Assembly (NCBI GenBank): GCA_041651415.1
Contig: JBAZJH010000002.1
Coordinates: 20,474 to 84,473, forward strand
DNA: 64,000 bases
Direction: 5' to 3'
Origin: Minisyncoccota bacterium
GTDB lineage: Bacteria > Patescibacteriota > Minisyncoccia > UBA6257 > XYB1-36-10
Positions within the stretch are counted from its first letter, which is position 1. Each line of letters starts with the position of its first letter. Shown one piece after another: positions 36,083 to 45,781 of this stretch. A program made the translations under genes and the position numbers. Below the pieces are notes generated by a model. That model was not told the origin of the DNA, ran no database searches, and saw only the letters and a program-made list of their open reading frames with translations.

Positions 36083-38608
36083 TTATTTCAAATACTTGCG
36101 GAGATATTTGCCGGTTAAAGAACGGCTGAATCTCGCGACATCTTCGGGAACACCGCAGGTGACGATTTCGCCGCCGCGAACTCCCCCGCCGGGACCAAGG
36201 TCAATAATCCAATCCGCGGTTTTAATAACATCAAGATTGTGTTCGATCACGACAACGGTGTTGCCGCGATTAACAAGTTCGTGCAGAACTTCTAAAAGTT
36301 TTTTAACGTCTTCAAAATGGAGGCCGGTGGTCGGTTCATCCAGAAGATAAAAAGTGCGGCCAGTGGCGCGACGAGCCAGTTCATTCGCCAATTTAACGCG
36401 CTGAGCTTCGCCGCCGGACAAAGTAGTGGCCGGTTGGCCGAGTTCGATATAGCCCAAACCGACTTCGTTTAAAACAATTAATTTATCGGCAATCTGAGGA
36501 ATATCGGAAAAAAAGCGAGCGGATTCTTCAACAGTCATATTTAAGACTTCGGAAATATTTTTGCCTTTGTAATGAACTTCCAAAGTTTCGCGGTCAAAAC
36601 GGCGGCCCTTGCAGACTTCGCATTCCACATAAACTGTCGGGAGAAAATGCATTTCAATCGCCAGCCAGCCGTGGCCTTCGCAGTTTTCACAGCGTCCGCC
36701 TTTAACGTTAAAACTGAAACGGCCGGGTTTGTAGCCGCGAAAACGGGCTTCGGGAGTTGCGGAAAAGAGATCGCGGATATGATTGAAAAGTCCGGTATAA
36801 GTGGCAGGATTGGAACGGGGCGTGCGGCCGATAGCCGACTGGTCAATTAAAATGGCTTTATCCAAGAATTCATGGCCTTTGATTTCATTAAACTTGCCAA
36901 GACGAAGACCGGAGCCATTCAAACGATTAGAAAGAAAATTGAAAACCACGTCGCGCATAAAAGAAGATTTGCCGGAGCCGGAGACGCCAGTGACGGCAAT
37001 AAAACGGCGGAGAGGAATATCAACGTTGATATTTTTTAGATTATTTTCGGAAGCGCCTCTAATTTTCAAAGAGTCGTGAATTCTTTTAATGGGACGGCGG
37101 CCGGAGATCGGAATTTTTTTATCGCCGCGAAGATAAGCGCAAGTCAGAGATTTTTTATCGGAAAAAATTTTCGGAATGGGGCCGGAGCAGATAATTTCTC
37201 CGCCGTGTTTGCCGGCGCCCGGACCAAATTCAACCAAATGGTCGGCCGCGCGAATAGTGTCTTCATCGTGCTCCACAACAACAATAGTGTTGCCGGCATC
37301 GCGGAGGTCTTTCAAGGTTTTTATCAACCGGTCGTTATCGGCCTGATGCAAACCAATGGTCGGTTCGTCCAGAACATAAAGAGCGCCGACAAGCCCCGAT
37401 CCGACCTGAGAAGCAAGACGAATGCGTTGGGCTTCGCCGCCAGACAGGGTGCCGGCTTTGCGGTTAAGCGTGAGGTATTCCAAACCGACATCTTCCATAA
37501 ATTGAAGACGGTTTAAAATTTCTTTCATAATGGGAGCGGAAATTTCCGCTTGACGCTTAGTGAGCTTCAAATCAACAAAAAAAGCGATGGCTTCTTCAAT
37601 AGTAAAAGAAATAACATCAATGATATTTTTTTTATCAAGAAGAACAAAAAGAGATTCTTTGCGCAGGCGCTTGCCGAGACAATCAGGACAAGGCTCCTCG
37701 GAAAAAATATATTTAGTGCCGAGGCCATGGCAGGTGGGACAGGCGCCAAAAGGGCTGTTGAAAGAAAAAAGACGAGGCTCGATTTCCGGAAAAGAGAATC
37801 CGCACTCGGAACAGGAAAATTTGGCGGAAAGAGTGATTTCTTTTTTGCCAGCCAAAGAAATAGTGACGAGGCCGTTCGAATAATCAACGGCAGATTCGAT
37901 GGATTCCGAAAGACGCTGACGCTTGTCTTTATCAAAATCAGTCAAATCAGTTCCCGAAAGCATATCAGTAACGATTTCAATGGTATGCTTTTTGTTTTTA
38001 TCAAGCTCAATCCGTTCGGAAAGAGGCATAATTTTTCCGTCGATTCTCGCTTCGGCAAAACCGGAGTTATACATATCGTAGAGCATTTGGTAATACTCCC
38101 CTTTCCGGCCGCGGACAACCGGAGAAAAAACATAAGAATCAAATTTGGAAAGATTTTTTTCCTGAAAAATTTTTTCCGCTTCAGAAGAAATAATATCCAC
38201 CATTTCGGAAACGGTCATTTTTTCAATTTTTTTGCCGCAAGCGGGGCAATGAGGAATGCCGACTCTCGCAAAAAGAACGCGGAGATAGTCGTAGATTTCG
38301 GTGATAGTCGCGACAATGGAACGAGGATTAGCGGAGTGAGCTTTTTGGTCAATAGAAATAGCGGGAGAAAGTCCGGAGATTTCATCAACATCCGGCTTCT
38401 GCATCTGTCCTAAAAACTGGCGGGCATAAGCGGAAAGAGATTCAATGTAGCGGCGCTGGCCTTCGGCAAAAATGGTATCAAAAGCAAGGGAACTTTTGCC
38501 CGAACCGGAAAGACCCGTAAAAACGGTCATTTTATTGCGAGGAATCTCAAGAGAAACATTTTTGAGATTATGCTCGCGAGCGCCTTTGATAATTATTTTG
38601 TCCTGCAT
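36083..38608 (-). CDS. uvrA: Excinuclease ABC subunit A
   Basis: GAREHNLKN, two Walker [15 protein letters not shown] twice, Zn fingers. Confidence 0.97.
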   Translation of the reverse strand: MQDKIIIKGAREHNLKNVSLEIPRNKMTVFTGLSGSGKSSLAFDTIFAEGQRRYIESLSAYARQFLGQMQKPDVDEISGLSPAISIDQKAHSANPRSIVATITEIYDYLRVLFARVGIPHCPACGKKIEKMTVSEMVDIISSEAEKIFQEKNLSKFDSYVFSPVVRGRKGEYYQMLYDMYNSGFAEARIDGKIMPLSERIELDKNKKHTIEIVTDMLSGTDLTDFDKDKRQRLSESIESAVDYSNGLVTISLAGKKEITLSAKFSCSECGFSFPEIEPRLFSFNSPFGACPTCHGLGTKYIFSEEPCPDCLGKRLRKESLFVLLDKKNIIDVISFTIEEAIAFFVDLKLTKRQAEISAPIMKEILNRLQFMEDVGLEYLTLNRKAGTLSGGEAQRIRLASQVGSGLVGALYVLDEPTIGLHQADNDRLIKTLKDLRDAGNTIVVVEHDEDTIRAADHLVEFGPGAGKHGGEIICSGPIPKIFSDKKSLTCAYLRGDKKIPISGRRPIKRIHDSLKIRGASENNLKNINVDIPLRRFIAVTGVSGSGKSSFMRDVVFNFLSNRLNGSGLRLGKFNEIKGHEFLDKAILIDQSAIGRTPRSNPATYTGLFNHIRDLFSATPEARFRGYKPGRFSFNVKGGRCENCEGHGWLAIEMHFLPTVYVECEVCKGRRFDRETLEVHYKGKNISEVLNMTVEESARFFSDIPQIADKLIVLNEVGLGYIELGQPATTLSGGEAQRVKLANELARRATGRTFYLLDEPTTGLHFEDVKKLLEVLHELVNRGNTVVVIEHNLDVIKTADWIIDLGPGGGVRGGEIVTCGVPEDVARFSRSLTGKYLRKYLK

Positions 38609-38913
38609 AAAAAATAAATTACAAATTACAAGCACCAATCCGCCAGTTGGCGGAACAAATAAATCACGAATTACAATGTTTGAAACTTAAACTTTAGAAT
38701 ATTTCATAAAGAAACCAATAAATGGCCCGCAATTGGGCTTATGGGGAGAGTATAAGGCAAGAAATGACGAATGACAAATTACTAATTTATAAAAGTGAAA
38801 TGCCGGGGATTTTTTTGAACAACAAAAGCGGTCTTGAGATGATTTGACAAAGTTTAAAAAAGGGAGTATTATTTAAAAAGAAGTTAACAAACAAAAAAGG
38901 AGGAAGTGTCATC

Positions 38914-39249
38914 ATGATAGAAACGTCACTTATAAACCAACTAGTGGAAAAAATTGAAGTAACGGAAGAAGGCGGAGAGCGGGTTTTAAGATTTAAGGAA
39001 GGAACCTGCATTTGTTGCTTTCCGGAAAAGGCAAAAGATTTTATTCAGTTGATTGATAAGCTAAAGAAGGTTTTTGCCGTTGAAAAAATCGTTTTTCCTG
39101 TTACAGGAACTCACATTTTGGAGCTAGTTCCTATTCCAGAAAATTTTACTGGAAAAATATGGGAACTGGCAAAACCAGAGTTAAAAGGAACCGTTTGTTA
39201 TGTTTTCCCACTTATTGAAGGATTGGAGTGGAGAGAAGAGGAGAAATAA
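38914..39249 (+). CDS. Hypothetical protein
   Basis: TTGACA-17-TATTAT promoter (38844-38872), AGGAGG SD, terminator at 39260-39302. Confidence 0.75.
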   Translation: MIETSLINQLVEKIEVTEEGGERVLRFKEGTCICCFPEKAKDFIQLIDKLKKVFAVEKIVFPVTGTHILELVPIPENFTGKIWELAKPELKGTVCYVFPLIEGLEWREEEK

Positions 39250-39259
39250 ATCGAATCAT

Positions 39260-39302
39260 CCCGCATCGCGTAAGGTTTACGCGATGCGGGTTTTTTATTT
39301 TG
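39260..39302. terminator. Intrinsic terminator
   Basis: CCCGCATCGCGTAA/TTACGCGATGCGGG 14-bp stem followed by a T tract. Confidence 0.8.
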
Positions 39303-39309
39303 AAAAAAA

Positions 39310-41334
39310 TTATTTTTTGGATTTGGATTTCTTTTTGAGCAAAGAAATTTCGTCGCGGAGAATGGCGGCGAGTTCAAATTCAAGATTTTGAGCGGCTTGT
39401 CTCATTTCCAGTTCCTTATCTTTAATGAGGTCGGGAATTTTTTCTAGAGGAACAGCGTCAAGTTCCAAATTAAGAATTTTCTTAACATCTTTTTCCTTAA
39501 TGCCCCAGATTTTAGTGATGTCTTTGATTTCTTTTTTAATCGTTTCGGGAGTGATGCCGTGTTTTTTGTTGTAAGCAATTTGGATTTCACGGCGGCGATT
39601 GGTTTCAGAAACCGCGCGCTTAATGGAGCCGGTGATAATATCGGCATAAAGAATGACCTGCCCAAAAACATTTCTCGCGGCGCGGCCGATAGTTTGAATA
39701 AGGGAAGTTTCGGAACGCAGGAATCCCTCTTTATCCGCGTCTAAAATAGCGACGAGCGTGACTTCGGGAAGGTCAAGGCCTTCGCGCAGGAGATTCACGC
39801 CGACCAAACAATCAAATTTTCCTTCGCGGAATTCAGCGAGAAGGCGGATGCGGTCCAAGGTCTCCACTTCGCTATGAAGATATTTGGTTTTAACGCCTTG
39901 CTCTTTCAGATATTCCGCAAGGTCTTCGGCGGTTTTTTTGGTTAAGGTGGTAGCAATGACCCTTTCTTTTTTGAGAGCGCGTTTTTTGGTTTCTTCTATG
40001 AGGTCGGCGACTTGGCCGCCATAGGAAGCCCTTCGACTATGCTCAGGGGCTAAATGAGAAGTGATGGGGCGGATAATTATTTCCGGGTCGATAAGCCCGG
40101 TCGGACGAATAATCTGTTCGACAATTTGCGCGGATTTATTTTTTTCAAAATCGGCGGGAGTGGCGGAAACAAAAACAGCCTGATTTATTTTCTTTTCAAA
40201 TTCATCAAATTTTAAAGGGCGGTTATCGTAAGCGCTAGGCAATCTGAAACCATTATCAATCAAAGCTTTTTTGCGAGCATGGTCGCCATTATACATACCG
40301 TTCAATTGCGGGAGAGTGACGTGAGATTCATCGATAAAAAGAAGAAAATCATCGGGAAAATAATCAAGAAGAGTAAAAGGCGGAGAGCCGACCGCTCGGC
40401 CGTCAAAATGACGGGAATAGTTTTCAATGCCGTTTGAGTAGCCGACTTCGCGAATCATAGCAAGGTCGTAATTCGTGCGGCGTTCCAAACGTTCGGCTTC
40501 AAGAAGAAGTTTATTTTTTTCGAAATATTTCAGGCGGGAGGAAAGTTCTTTTTTAATATCGGAAAGAGCGCGGGAACGGTCGGAGTCTTCCGAGACAAAG
40601 TGAGTGGTCGGAAAAATCATAATACTATTCACTTTTTCCACCACTTCCCTTTTAAGCGGGTCGATAAGAAGAATGGAAGAAATTTTTTCGCCGGAAAGAT
40701 CCAGGCGATAAATAATTTCGCGGTTAGAAGGAAAAATATCAAAAGTCCGGCCACGGACGCGAAACTCGCCGCGTGTCAGTTCTCCCGAGGAACGGGTAAA
40801 CCGGCGCTTGATGAGTTCGCGCATCAAGAGAGCGCGGTCGAATTGGTCGCCTTTTTTTATAGAGAAAGAACTCTTTTTGTAGAGAATAGGAGAACCCAAG
40901 CCATAAATACAAGAAACGGAAGCGACAACGATAACATCGCGGCGAGTGAGAAGAGCTTCCGTGGCGGAGTGGCGGAGACGGTCAATTTCGGCGTTAATCT
41001 GCGATTCTTTTTCAATATAAGTGTCGGAGCTTGGAAGATAAGCTTCCGGCTGATAATAGTCGTAATAGGAAACAAAATACTCCACGGCGTTGTCAGGAAA
41101 ATAATCGCGGAACTCGCTCGTTAATTGGGCGGCCAAAGTTTTATTATGAGCGATAACGAGAGCTGGCCGACCGGTTTTAGCGATAACATTTGCCATAGTG
41201 AAAGTTTTACCGGAACCGGTGACGCCAAGAAGAGTTTGAAAACGATTTTTTTTATCTAAACCACGAAGCAAGCTACTAATAGCTTGAGGCTGGTCGCCAG
41301 CGGGTTTTTTATCGGTTTTGAGATGAAAGTCCAT
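39310..41334 (-). CDS. uvrB: Excinuclease ABC subunit B
   Basis: GDQP, LGVTGSGKT, YYDYYQPEAY, DESH and QTIGRAAR motifs; C-terminal UVR domain. Confidence 0.97.
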   Translation of the reverse strand: MDFHLKTDKKPAGDQPQAISSLLRGLDKKNRFQTLLGVTGSGKTFTMANVIAKTGRPALVIAHNKTLAAQLTSEFRDYFPDNAVEYFVSYYDYYQPEAYLPSSDTYIEKESQINAEIDRLRHSATEALLTRRDVIVVASVSCIYGLGSPILYKKSSFSIKKGDQFDRALLMRELIKRRFTRSSGELTRGEFRVRGRTFDIFPSNREIIYRLDLSGEKISSILLIDPLKREVVEKVNSIMIFPTTHFVSEDSDRSRALSDIKKELSSRLKYFEKNKLLLEAERLERRTNYDLAMIREVGYSNGIENYSRHFDGRAVGSPPFTLLDYFPDDFLLFIDESHVTLPQLNGMYNGDHARKKALIDNGFRLPSAYDNRPLKFDEFEKKINQAVFVSATPADFEKNKSAQIVEQIIRPTGLIDPEIIIRPITSHLAPEHSRRASYGGQVADLIEETKKRALKKERVIATTLTKKTAEDLAEYLKEQGVKTKYLHSEVETLDRIRLLAEFREGKFDCLVGVNLLREGLDLPEVTLVAILDADKEGFLRSETSLIQTIGRAARNVFGQVILYADIITGSIKRAVSETNRRREIQIAYNKKHGITPETIKKEIKDITKIWGIKEKDVKKILNLELDAVPLEKIPDLIKDKELEMRQAAQNLEFELAAILRDEISLLKKKSKSKK

Positions 41335-41381
41335 TGAAACTATTATGAGAAAACGGCTTAAATAAAGCAAATTTTATAGTA

Positions 41382-41410
41382 TTGACAAACTATTTATAGT
41401 ATGATATAAT
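41382..41410 (+). promoter_or_regulatory. Consensus sigma70 promoter
   Basis: TTGACA-17-TATAAT with extended TG. Confidence 0.8.
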
Positions 41411-41416
41411 TAAAAA

Positions 41417-41610
41417 AGAAAGATGAAGAAAGGAAAAGGAAATGATAGTTATTATCGACATTTCCACAGGGGTTGTTATAACTCCTTGGGATCTTAAATA
41501 GATTCTGTGGAAATTGTCCGTTTATAACGGACCGGGGGCTGGTTTCCCTGGGAACAGAAAAAACCAATGGAATTGGTTGGAAAAGGAGGCACGGAATGTC
41601 TCCTTTTTTA
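41417..41610 (+). promoter_or_regulatory. Structured RNA / candidate tyrS attenuator leader
   Basis: Multiple hairpins; short ORFs 41423-41497 and 41442-41501; terminator at 41581-41609. Confidence 0.45.
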
Positions 41611-41714
41611 TTTGGATTTTTTGGGTTATATTATAAGGAATATAAATACAGATAATTTCTAATTAAGAATTTCCCGTTAAATAAATTTAACGAGGCAAGC
41701 TAATTTTTAAAAAT

Positions 41715-42920
41715 ATGGGGAAAATAAATACGGACAGCAAAAAAATAAAGGAGCTTTTAGAGCGAGGGGTGGAGGATATTTTTGTAAAAACCGATTTAGA
41801 AAAAAAGCTCAAATCAGGGAAAGAATTGCGAGTTAAACTGGGGTTTGACCCGACAGGGGCAAAAATTCATATCGGCAGAGCAGTGATTTTGAGGAAACTT
41901 AGAGAATTTCAAAATTTGGGGCATAAAATAGTTTTTATTGTTGGAGATTTCACAGCAAGAATCGGCGACCCGTCCGACAAACTAGATAAAAGACCGATGC
42001 TTTCGAAAAAGGAGATAAAAAAAAATTTAAAAGATTATAAAAAACAAATCGGGAAAATAATAAATCTTGAAAAAGCGGAGTTTTGTTTCAACAGCAAATG
42101 GCTAAAAAAGCTTAATTTAGAAGAAATATCGGAGCTGGCAGAAAGTTTTACCGTGCAACAGATGCTCGCCCGGAGAAACTTTAAAGAAAGATATGAAAAG
42201 GGAGAAGAAATAAGCATAAGAGAATTTCTTTATCCCCTGTTGCAAGGATATGACAGCGTAGCCGTTAAAGCAGATGTGGAGATTGGAGGATTTGACCAGC
42301 TTTTTAATTTGAAAGCGGGGCGGACGATACAAAAACATTTCGGACAAGAGGAACAAAATGTTTTAACCGGACAAATGCTTGAAGGAACAGACGGAAGAAA
42401 AATGTCCACCAGTTGGGGTAATGTGATAAACATAACCGACGAGCCGAATGAAATGTTCGGGAAAATAATGAGCGTGAAAGACGAGCTTATTCCCAAGTAT
42501 TTTTTATTATGCACAGATACGGAAGAACAAGAAATTGAGAAGGTAAAGAAGGAAATGAAGAGCGGGAAACTGAACCCGAGAGACGCAAAATTAAAACTGG
42601 CTTTTGAGATTGTAAAAATTTATCATGAGAAAAAGAAAGCGGAAGAAGCAGAAAAAGAATGGGTGAGAGTTTTTTCAAAAAAAGAATTACCGGAGATTTC
42701 AGATTTAGAGATAAAAGAAGCGAGTATAGATTTAATCGGAGTTTTATTAAAGATGGAGAAAATGAGCAAAAGCGCGGCTTGGAGATTGGTTGATGGAGGA
42801 GGAGTAAGAGTAAACGGAGAAAAAGAATTAGATAAAAGAAGAGAATTTACCGATAATAACGAGGAGGTTGTCATAACAATAGGAAAGAAGAAACATTCCG
42901 TAAAATTGAAATTTGTTTAA
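41715..42920 (+). CDS. tyrS: Tyrosine--tRNA ligase
   Basis: LGFDPTG..HIGR, YPLLQGYD, GGFDQLFN and KMSTS motifs; C-terminal S4-like domain. Confidence 0.96.
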   Translation: MGKINTDSKKIKELLERGVEDIFVKTDLEKKLKSGKELRVKLGFDPTGAKIHIGRAVILRKLREFQNLGHKIVFIVGDFTARIGDPSDKLDKRPMLSKKEIKKNLKDYKKQIGKIINLEKAEFCFNSKWLKKLNLEEISELAESFTVQQMLARRNFKERYEKGEEISIREFLYPLLQGYDSVAVKADVEIGGFDQLFNLKAGRTIQKHFGQEEQNVLTGQMLEGTDGRKMSTSWGNVINITDEPNEMFGKIMSVKDELIPKYFLLCTDTEEQEIEKVKKEMKSGKLNPRDAKLKLAFEIVKIYHEKKKAEEAEKEWVRVFSKKELPEISDLEIKEASIDLIGVLLKMEKMSKSAAWRLVDGGGVRVNGEKELDKRREFTDNNEEVVITIGKKKHSVKLKFV

Positions 42921-42950
42921 GAAAGCTCTTTAACTGCGCTCAGAGACTAA

Positions 42951-43382
42951 TCAAAAACTTTTGAACCAGATGGATTCTATTTTTCTTTTGCCGTTATAAG
43001 TGAAGTGGTGAGTTTTGGGAACGCGTTTTTCAGAGCTGTTACTGACAGCCTTATTTTTTCCAAGATAGAATCCAATGTGCTTGTGGCTGTTTTTCTCTTC
43101 CCAAATAAGGACGCTTCCCTCTTTCGGAGTTTTTATTCTTTTCCAGCCGGAGTTTTCGAGGTCTTTTACAGTTCCTTCAACAGTGGCGTGAAGATTATTC
43201 ATTTGGCCGAAGATTTTTAAGACAGAGGAAACAAAAAAAGCGCAGGATAATTTTCCGTTTTTTAAAATATCGATTTTTTTAGAATCGGTTTTAGCAAAAG
43301 CATTTTGAAAAGAATTAGCGCCAACAGCTTTTTTTATAAAAGAAAGATAAGTTAAAAAATTAAGAGAAACTAGTTTTTTCAT
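42951..43382 (-). CDS. NlpC/P60 or CHAP-like papain-fold cysteine amidase
   Basis: SCAFFVSSVL (putative catalytic Cys), PKEGSVLIW, HIGFYLG (putative catalytic His); ATG at 43382. Confidence 0.6.
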   Translation of the reverse strand: MKKLVSLNFLTYLSFIKKAVGANSFQNAFAKTDSKKIDILKNGKLSCAFFVSSVLKIFGQMNNLHATVEGTVKDLENSGWKRIKTPKEGSVLIWEEKNSHKHIGFYLGKNKAVSNSSEKRVPKTHHFTYNGKRKIESIWFKSF

Positions 43383-43456
43383 GGAGCGGGCGAGGAGAGT
43401 CGAACTCCCATCTCGACCTTGGCAAGGTCGCATAATAACCGCTATACGACGCCCGC
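43382..43456 (-). tRNA. tRNA-Gly(GCC)
   Basis: Anticodon arm CGACC-TTGCCAA-GGTCG; encoded CCA. Confidence 0.94.
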
Positions 43457-43509
43457 TTACGAAAATGATGATAACAAGAAAAAGAGACGGAAACAAGAAA
43501 AAGATTCTA

Positions 43510-43533
43510 GATTCCCGCTTTCGCAGGAATGAC
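43510..43533. repeat. REP-like palindrome family C (GATTCCCGC...GGAATGAC)
   Basis: Second copy at 57574-57597. Confidence 0.6.
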
Positions 43534-43559
43534 AATTTTGTGTCCCCGGAAGGAATTGA
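43534..43559 (-). repeat. 26-bp duplicate of the tRNA-Arg 3' end (att-like)
   Basis: Identical to 43716-43741. Confidence 0.85.
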
Positions 43560-43722
43560 CCACAAATAAATTCCCTGACGGAAATTTTTCTCGGCCCCGC
43601 CTCGGGGTATTCGCCTTTTTCCCTTCGGGAAAAAACTCACACAACCCTCCGGCTTTCAATTTCTTTCTTATATCCATAAATGGATATAAGAAGCGACATA
43701 AAATTAGCTGAAGCAAATTTTG

Positions 43723-43794
43723 TGTCCCCGGAAGGAATTGAACCCTCATCACGAGCTCCGCAAGCTCGTGTCCTATCCATTGAACGACGGGGAC
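43723..43794 (-). tRNA. tRNA-Arg(GCG)
   Basis: Anticodon arm CGAGC-TTGCGGA-GCTCG; GGTTCAATTCC. Confidence 0.92.
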
Positions 43795-43810
43795 GGATTA
43801 AGCAAAAGAA

Positions 43811-44290
43811 TTAAAAACCGAGGAATTTGGATATTTCTTCAAAGAGAGAACTCTTATGTTCTATCTCGGCAAGGTAATTATTAAGAAAAACTCGGATTTT
43901 TTCAATATCTTCGGTTTTAGCCGGAATTCGAAAGTTAAAAATAGAAACATTATTTTTTAAAAAATAAATGAAGCTTCTCTTACCTTCGTTTTTATCTATG
44001 GAAAAACTTTCAAAGGAATCCCAAGGATAAAGGCGGTTTTCTATTTTTAGGCCTTCATTTCCGAGAGAAAAATCATATTCTTCGCGATTGGAATTAGCCA
44101 AGAAAAAGAGAGAGACTTCCGATAGAATTATAAGCAAGGCAAAAAGAAAGTTTTTTTGCCAAAGAGAAAAAGCGACGAGAAGAAGCGCGGCAATAACAGA
44201 AAGCCAAAGCCAAGAAGAATTCTCGGAGGAAAATTCAAATTCCGGAGCGCGCCATTCGATTTTTTGATTATTTTCAGAAAAAGATGTCAT
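43811..44290 (-). CDS. 2-TM protein with C-terminal bPH-like domain
   Basis: IEWRAPEFE, two TM segments, GLKIENRLYPWDSFESF. Confidence 0.7.
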   Translation of the reverse strand: MTSFSENNQKIEWRAPEFEFSSENSSWLWLSVIAALLLVAFSLWQKNFLFALLIILSEVSLFFLANSNREEYDFSLGNEGLKIENRLYPWDSFESFSIDKNEGKRSFIYFLKNNVSIFNFRIPAKTEDIEKIRVFLNNYLAEIEHKSSLFEEISKFLGF

Positions 44291-45387
44291 TCTTCTATTT
44301 TCCCGCCGGCAGATCTAATTTTTTCAGCAAAAACTCCGGCAATAACCCTTTCGCTAACATTTCTGCCACTAGGAAATTCTTCAATATAAAATATTCCAGC
44401 ATCGCCAACTTTTGGTCCTCCACCAGTTGTAGAAATAGTTGTCATCATAGAACAGCGGTAATAACCGCCAGTAACAGATTTGCATGTTCCTTTTGCTTCA
44501 GCCGAAACGCTACCGTAATCTTTTGAAGCAAAAGAGAAAGTGAGATTATCGCCGGATGGCAAAGAAAGCGGAGCGCCAACGCCATCATAAGTATATTCAC
44601 TAGCCATTCTATATTTGCTTTCTTCGATAAGAAAATTTTTTAGTTCAGTTTTTATCTGTTCATTGGCGGCTTCGGAAAAAGGGAGGCCAAAATCATTAAT
44701 AATACTCGCATCACTATAAGCGATAGTTGATTTCCAAGATGCTTCACCGGAACTTCCAGTTTCCGGAATATCAACGTTATAAGTGCCGTCTTTTCTAATA
44801 GTAATTCTATCAACTCCGTCTCTTCCAGGATTGATGCCGATAATAACTAGTCTATTTCCCTCGGCCGCGGAAGTTTTTGCAATATTTATTTGATTTTCTT
44901 TTTTGGAATATTCTTCTTTTAAAGTATCTTCAAATTTTTTAGAGCTTTCGGAAGAAGAACCGCCTGACGACCCGATGAGACTGGAAGAAGAAGTGAGGCA
45001 AGACCCAGAAGTGTCTCGGCTAGACCAAAAATTGACAGATTTTAAAATACAAGGATTGATAGTGTCCAAAATAACGATTGAGCCGAAAAGAAGAAGAACG
45101 CCGTAAACAACTTGAGTAAGGCCGTCTTTTGCGTCACCAACCATTGATTCATTAGCAGCGCCAAGAATATATTTGACGCCATGAAAGATAATCATAAAAA
45201 AAGCGACCAAACCAACGGCAGCCAGAGCAAATTGGAAGATAGCGGCGACAAAAGAACCAAGGTCGGGAGAAGAACCGAGAGTGAAACCGGGAATAGGAGT
45301 GGTGATTTCATAAGTAACTTTCGCAAAAGCCAAGAACGGAAAAAATAATGGGGAAAAAAGGAAAATATTTTTAAGAATTTTTTTCAT
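44287..45387 (-). CDS. TrbC/VirB2-like pilin domain protein with C-terminal extension
   Basis: Signal peptide; VAFFMIIFHGVKYI..A...AKDGL....YGVLLL....IL.TINP pattern. Confidence 0.65.
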   Translation of the reverse strand: MKKILKNIFLFSPLFFPFLAFAKVTYEITTPIPGFTLGSSPDLGSFVAAIFQFALAAVGLVAFFMIIFHGVKYILGAANESMVGDAKDGLTQVVYGVLLLFGSIVILDTINPCILKSVNFWSSRDTSGSCLTSSSSLIGSSGGSSSESSKKFEDTLKEEYSKKENQINIAKTSAAEGNRLVIIGINPGRDGVDRITIRKDGTYNVDIPETGSSGEASWKSTIAYSDASIINDFGLPFSEAANEQIKTELKNFLIEESKYRMASEYTYDGVGAPLSLPSGDNLTFSFASKDYGSVSAEAKGTCKSVTGGYYRCSMMTTISTTGGGPKVGDAGIFYIEEFPSGRNVSERVIAGVFAEKIRSAGGKIEE

Positions 45388-45781
45388 TTTGATTTTTTTC
45401 TTTTTTATTGCCGGCAGCTTCTTTTTTATCTTCCCCTTTTTTAGAGGCGATTTCTGTCGCTTTTTTCAGAACCGGATTATTAGAGAGAGAAATGGCGATA
45501 ATAACAGTGACGGTTTTGACCGGCAAGAGATTGATAAAAGGGATAAATTCAATAAGACCTCCCGCCAGAAACCAAGCGCCTCTCGCTCCTTTTATTATAA
45601 GCCAGAGGTAAACAAAACCAAAAATAAAAGTATTGATAAGCCAAGTGAAAACAACAGACAAAGGGGCGACGGGCGGAACCAAACTAAAAGCATAAGAAAG
45701 AAGCTCGGCAGTGTCGGCAAAAAGGCAGATGAGAATTAAAATAATGCTTTCAGGAAGGGAAAACTTTTTTTGTTCATCCAT
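45371..45781 (-). CDS. Membrane protein (T4SS-like locus)
   Basis: Hydrophobic; EFIPFINLLP; overlaps both neighbours. Confidence 0.7.
   Translation of the reverse strand: MDEQKKFSLPESIILILICLFADTAELLSYAFSLVPPVAPLSVVFTWLINTFIFGFVYLWLIIKGARGAWFLAGGLIEFIPFINLLPVKTVTVIIAISLSNNPVLKKATEIASKKGEDKKEAAGNKKEKNQNEKNS

Noticed and set aside
41417-41714. T-box riboswitch before tyrS
   Set aside because: No GGTGGNACCGCG T-box sequence or recognisable specifier stem
43383-43640. N-terminal extension of ORF 42951-43640
   Set aside because: It reads through tRNA-Gly and a palindrome; the start is placed at 43382
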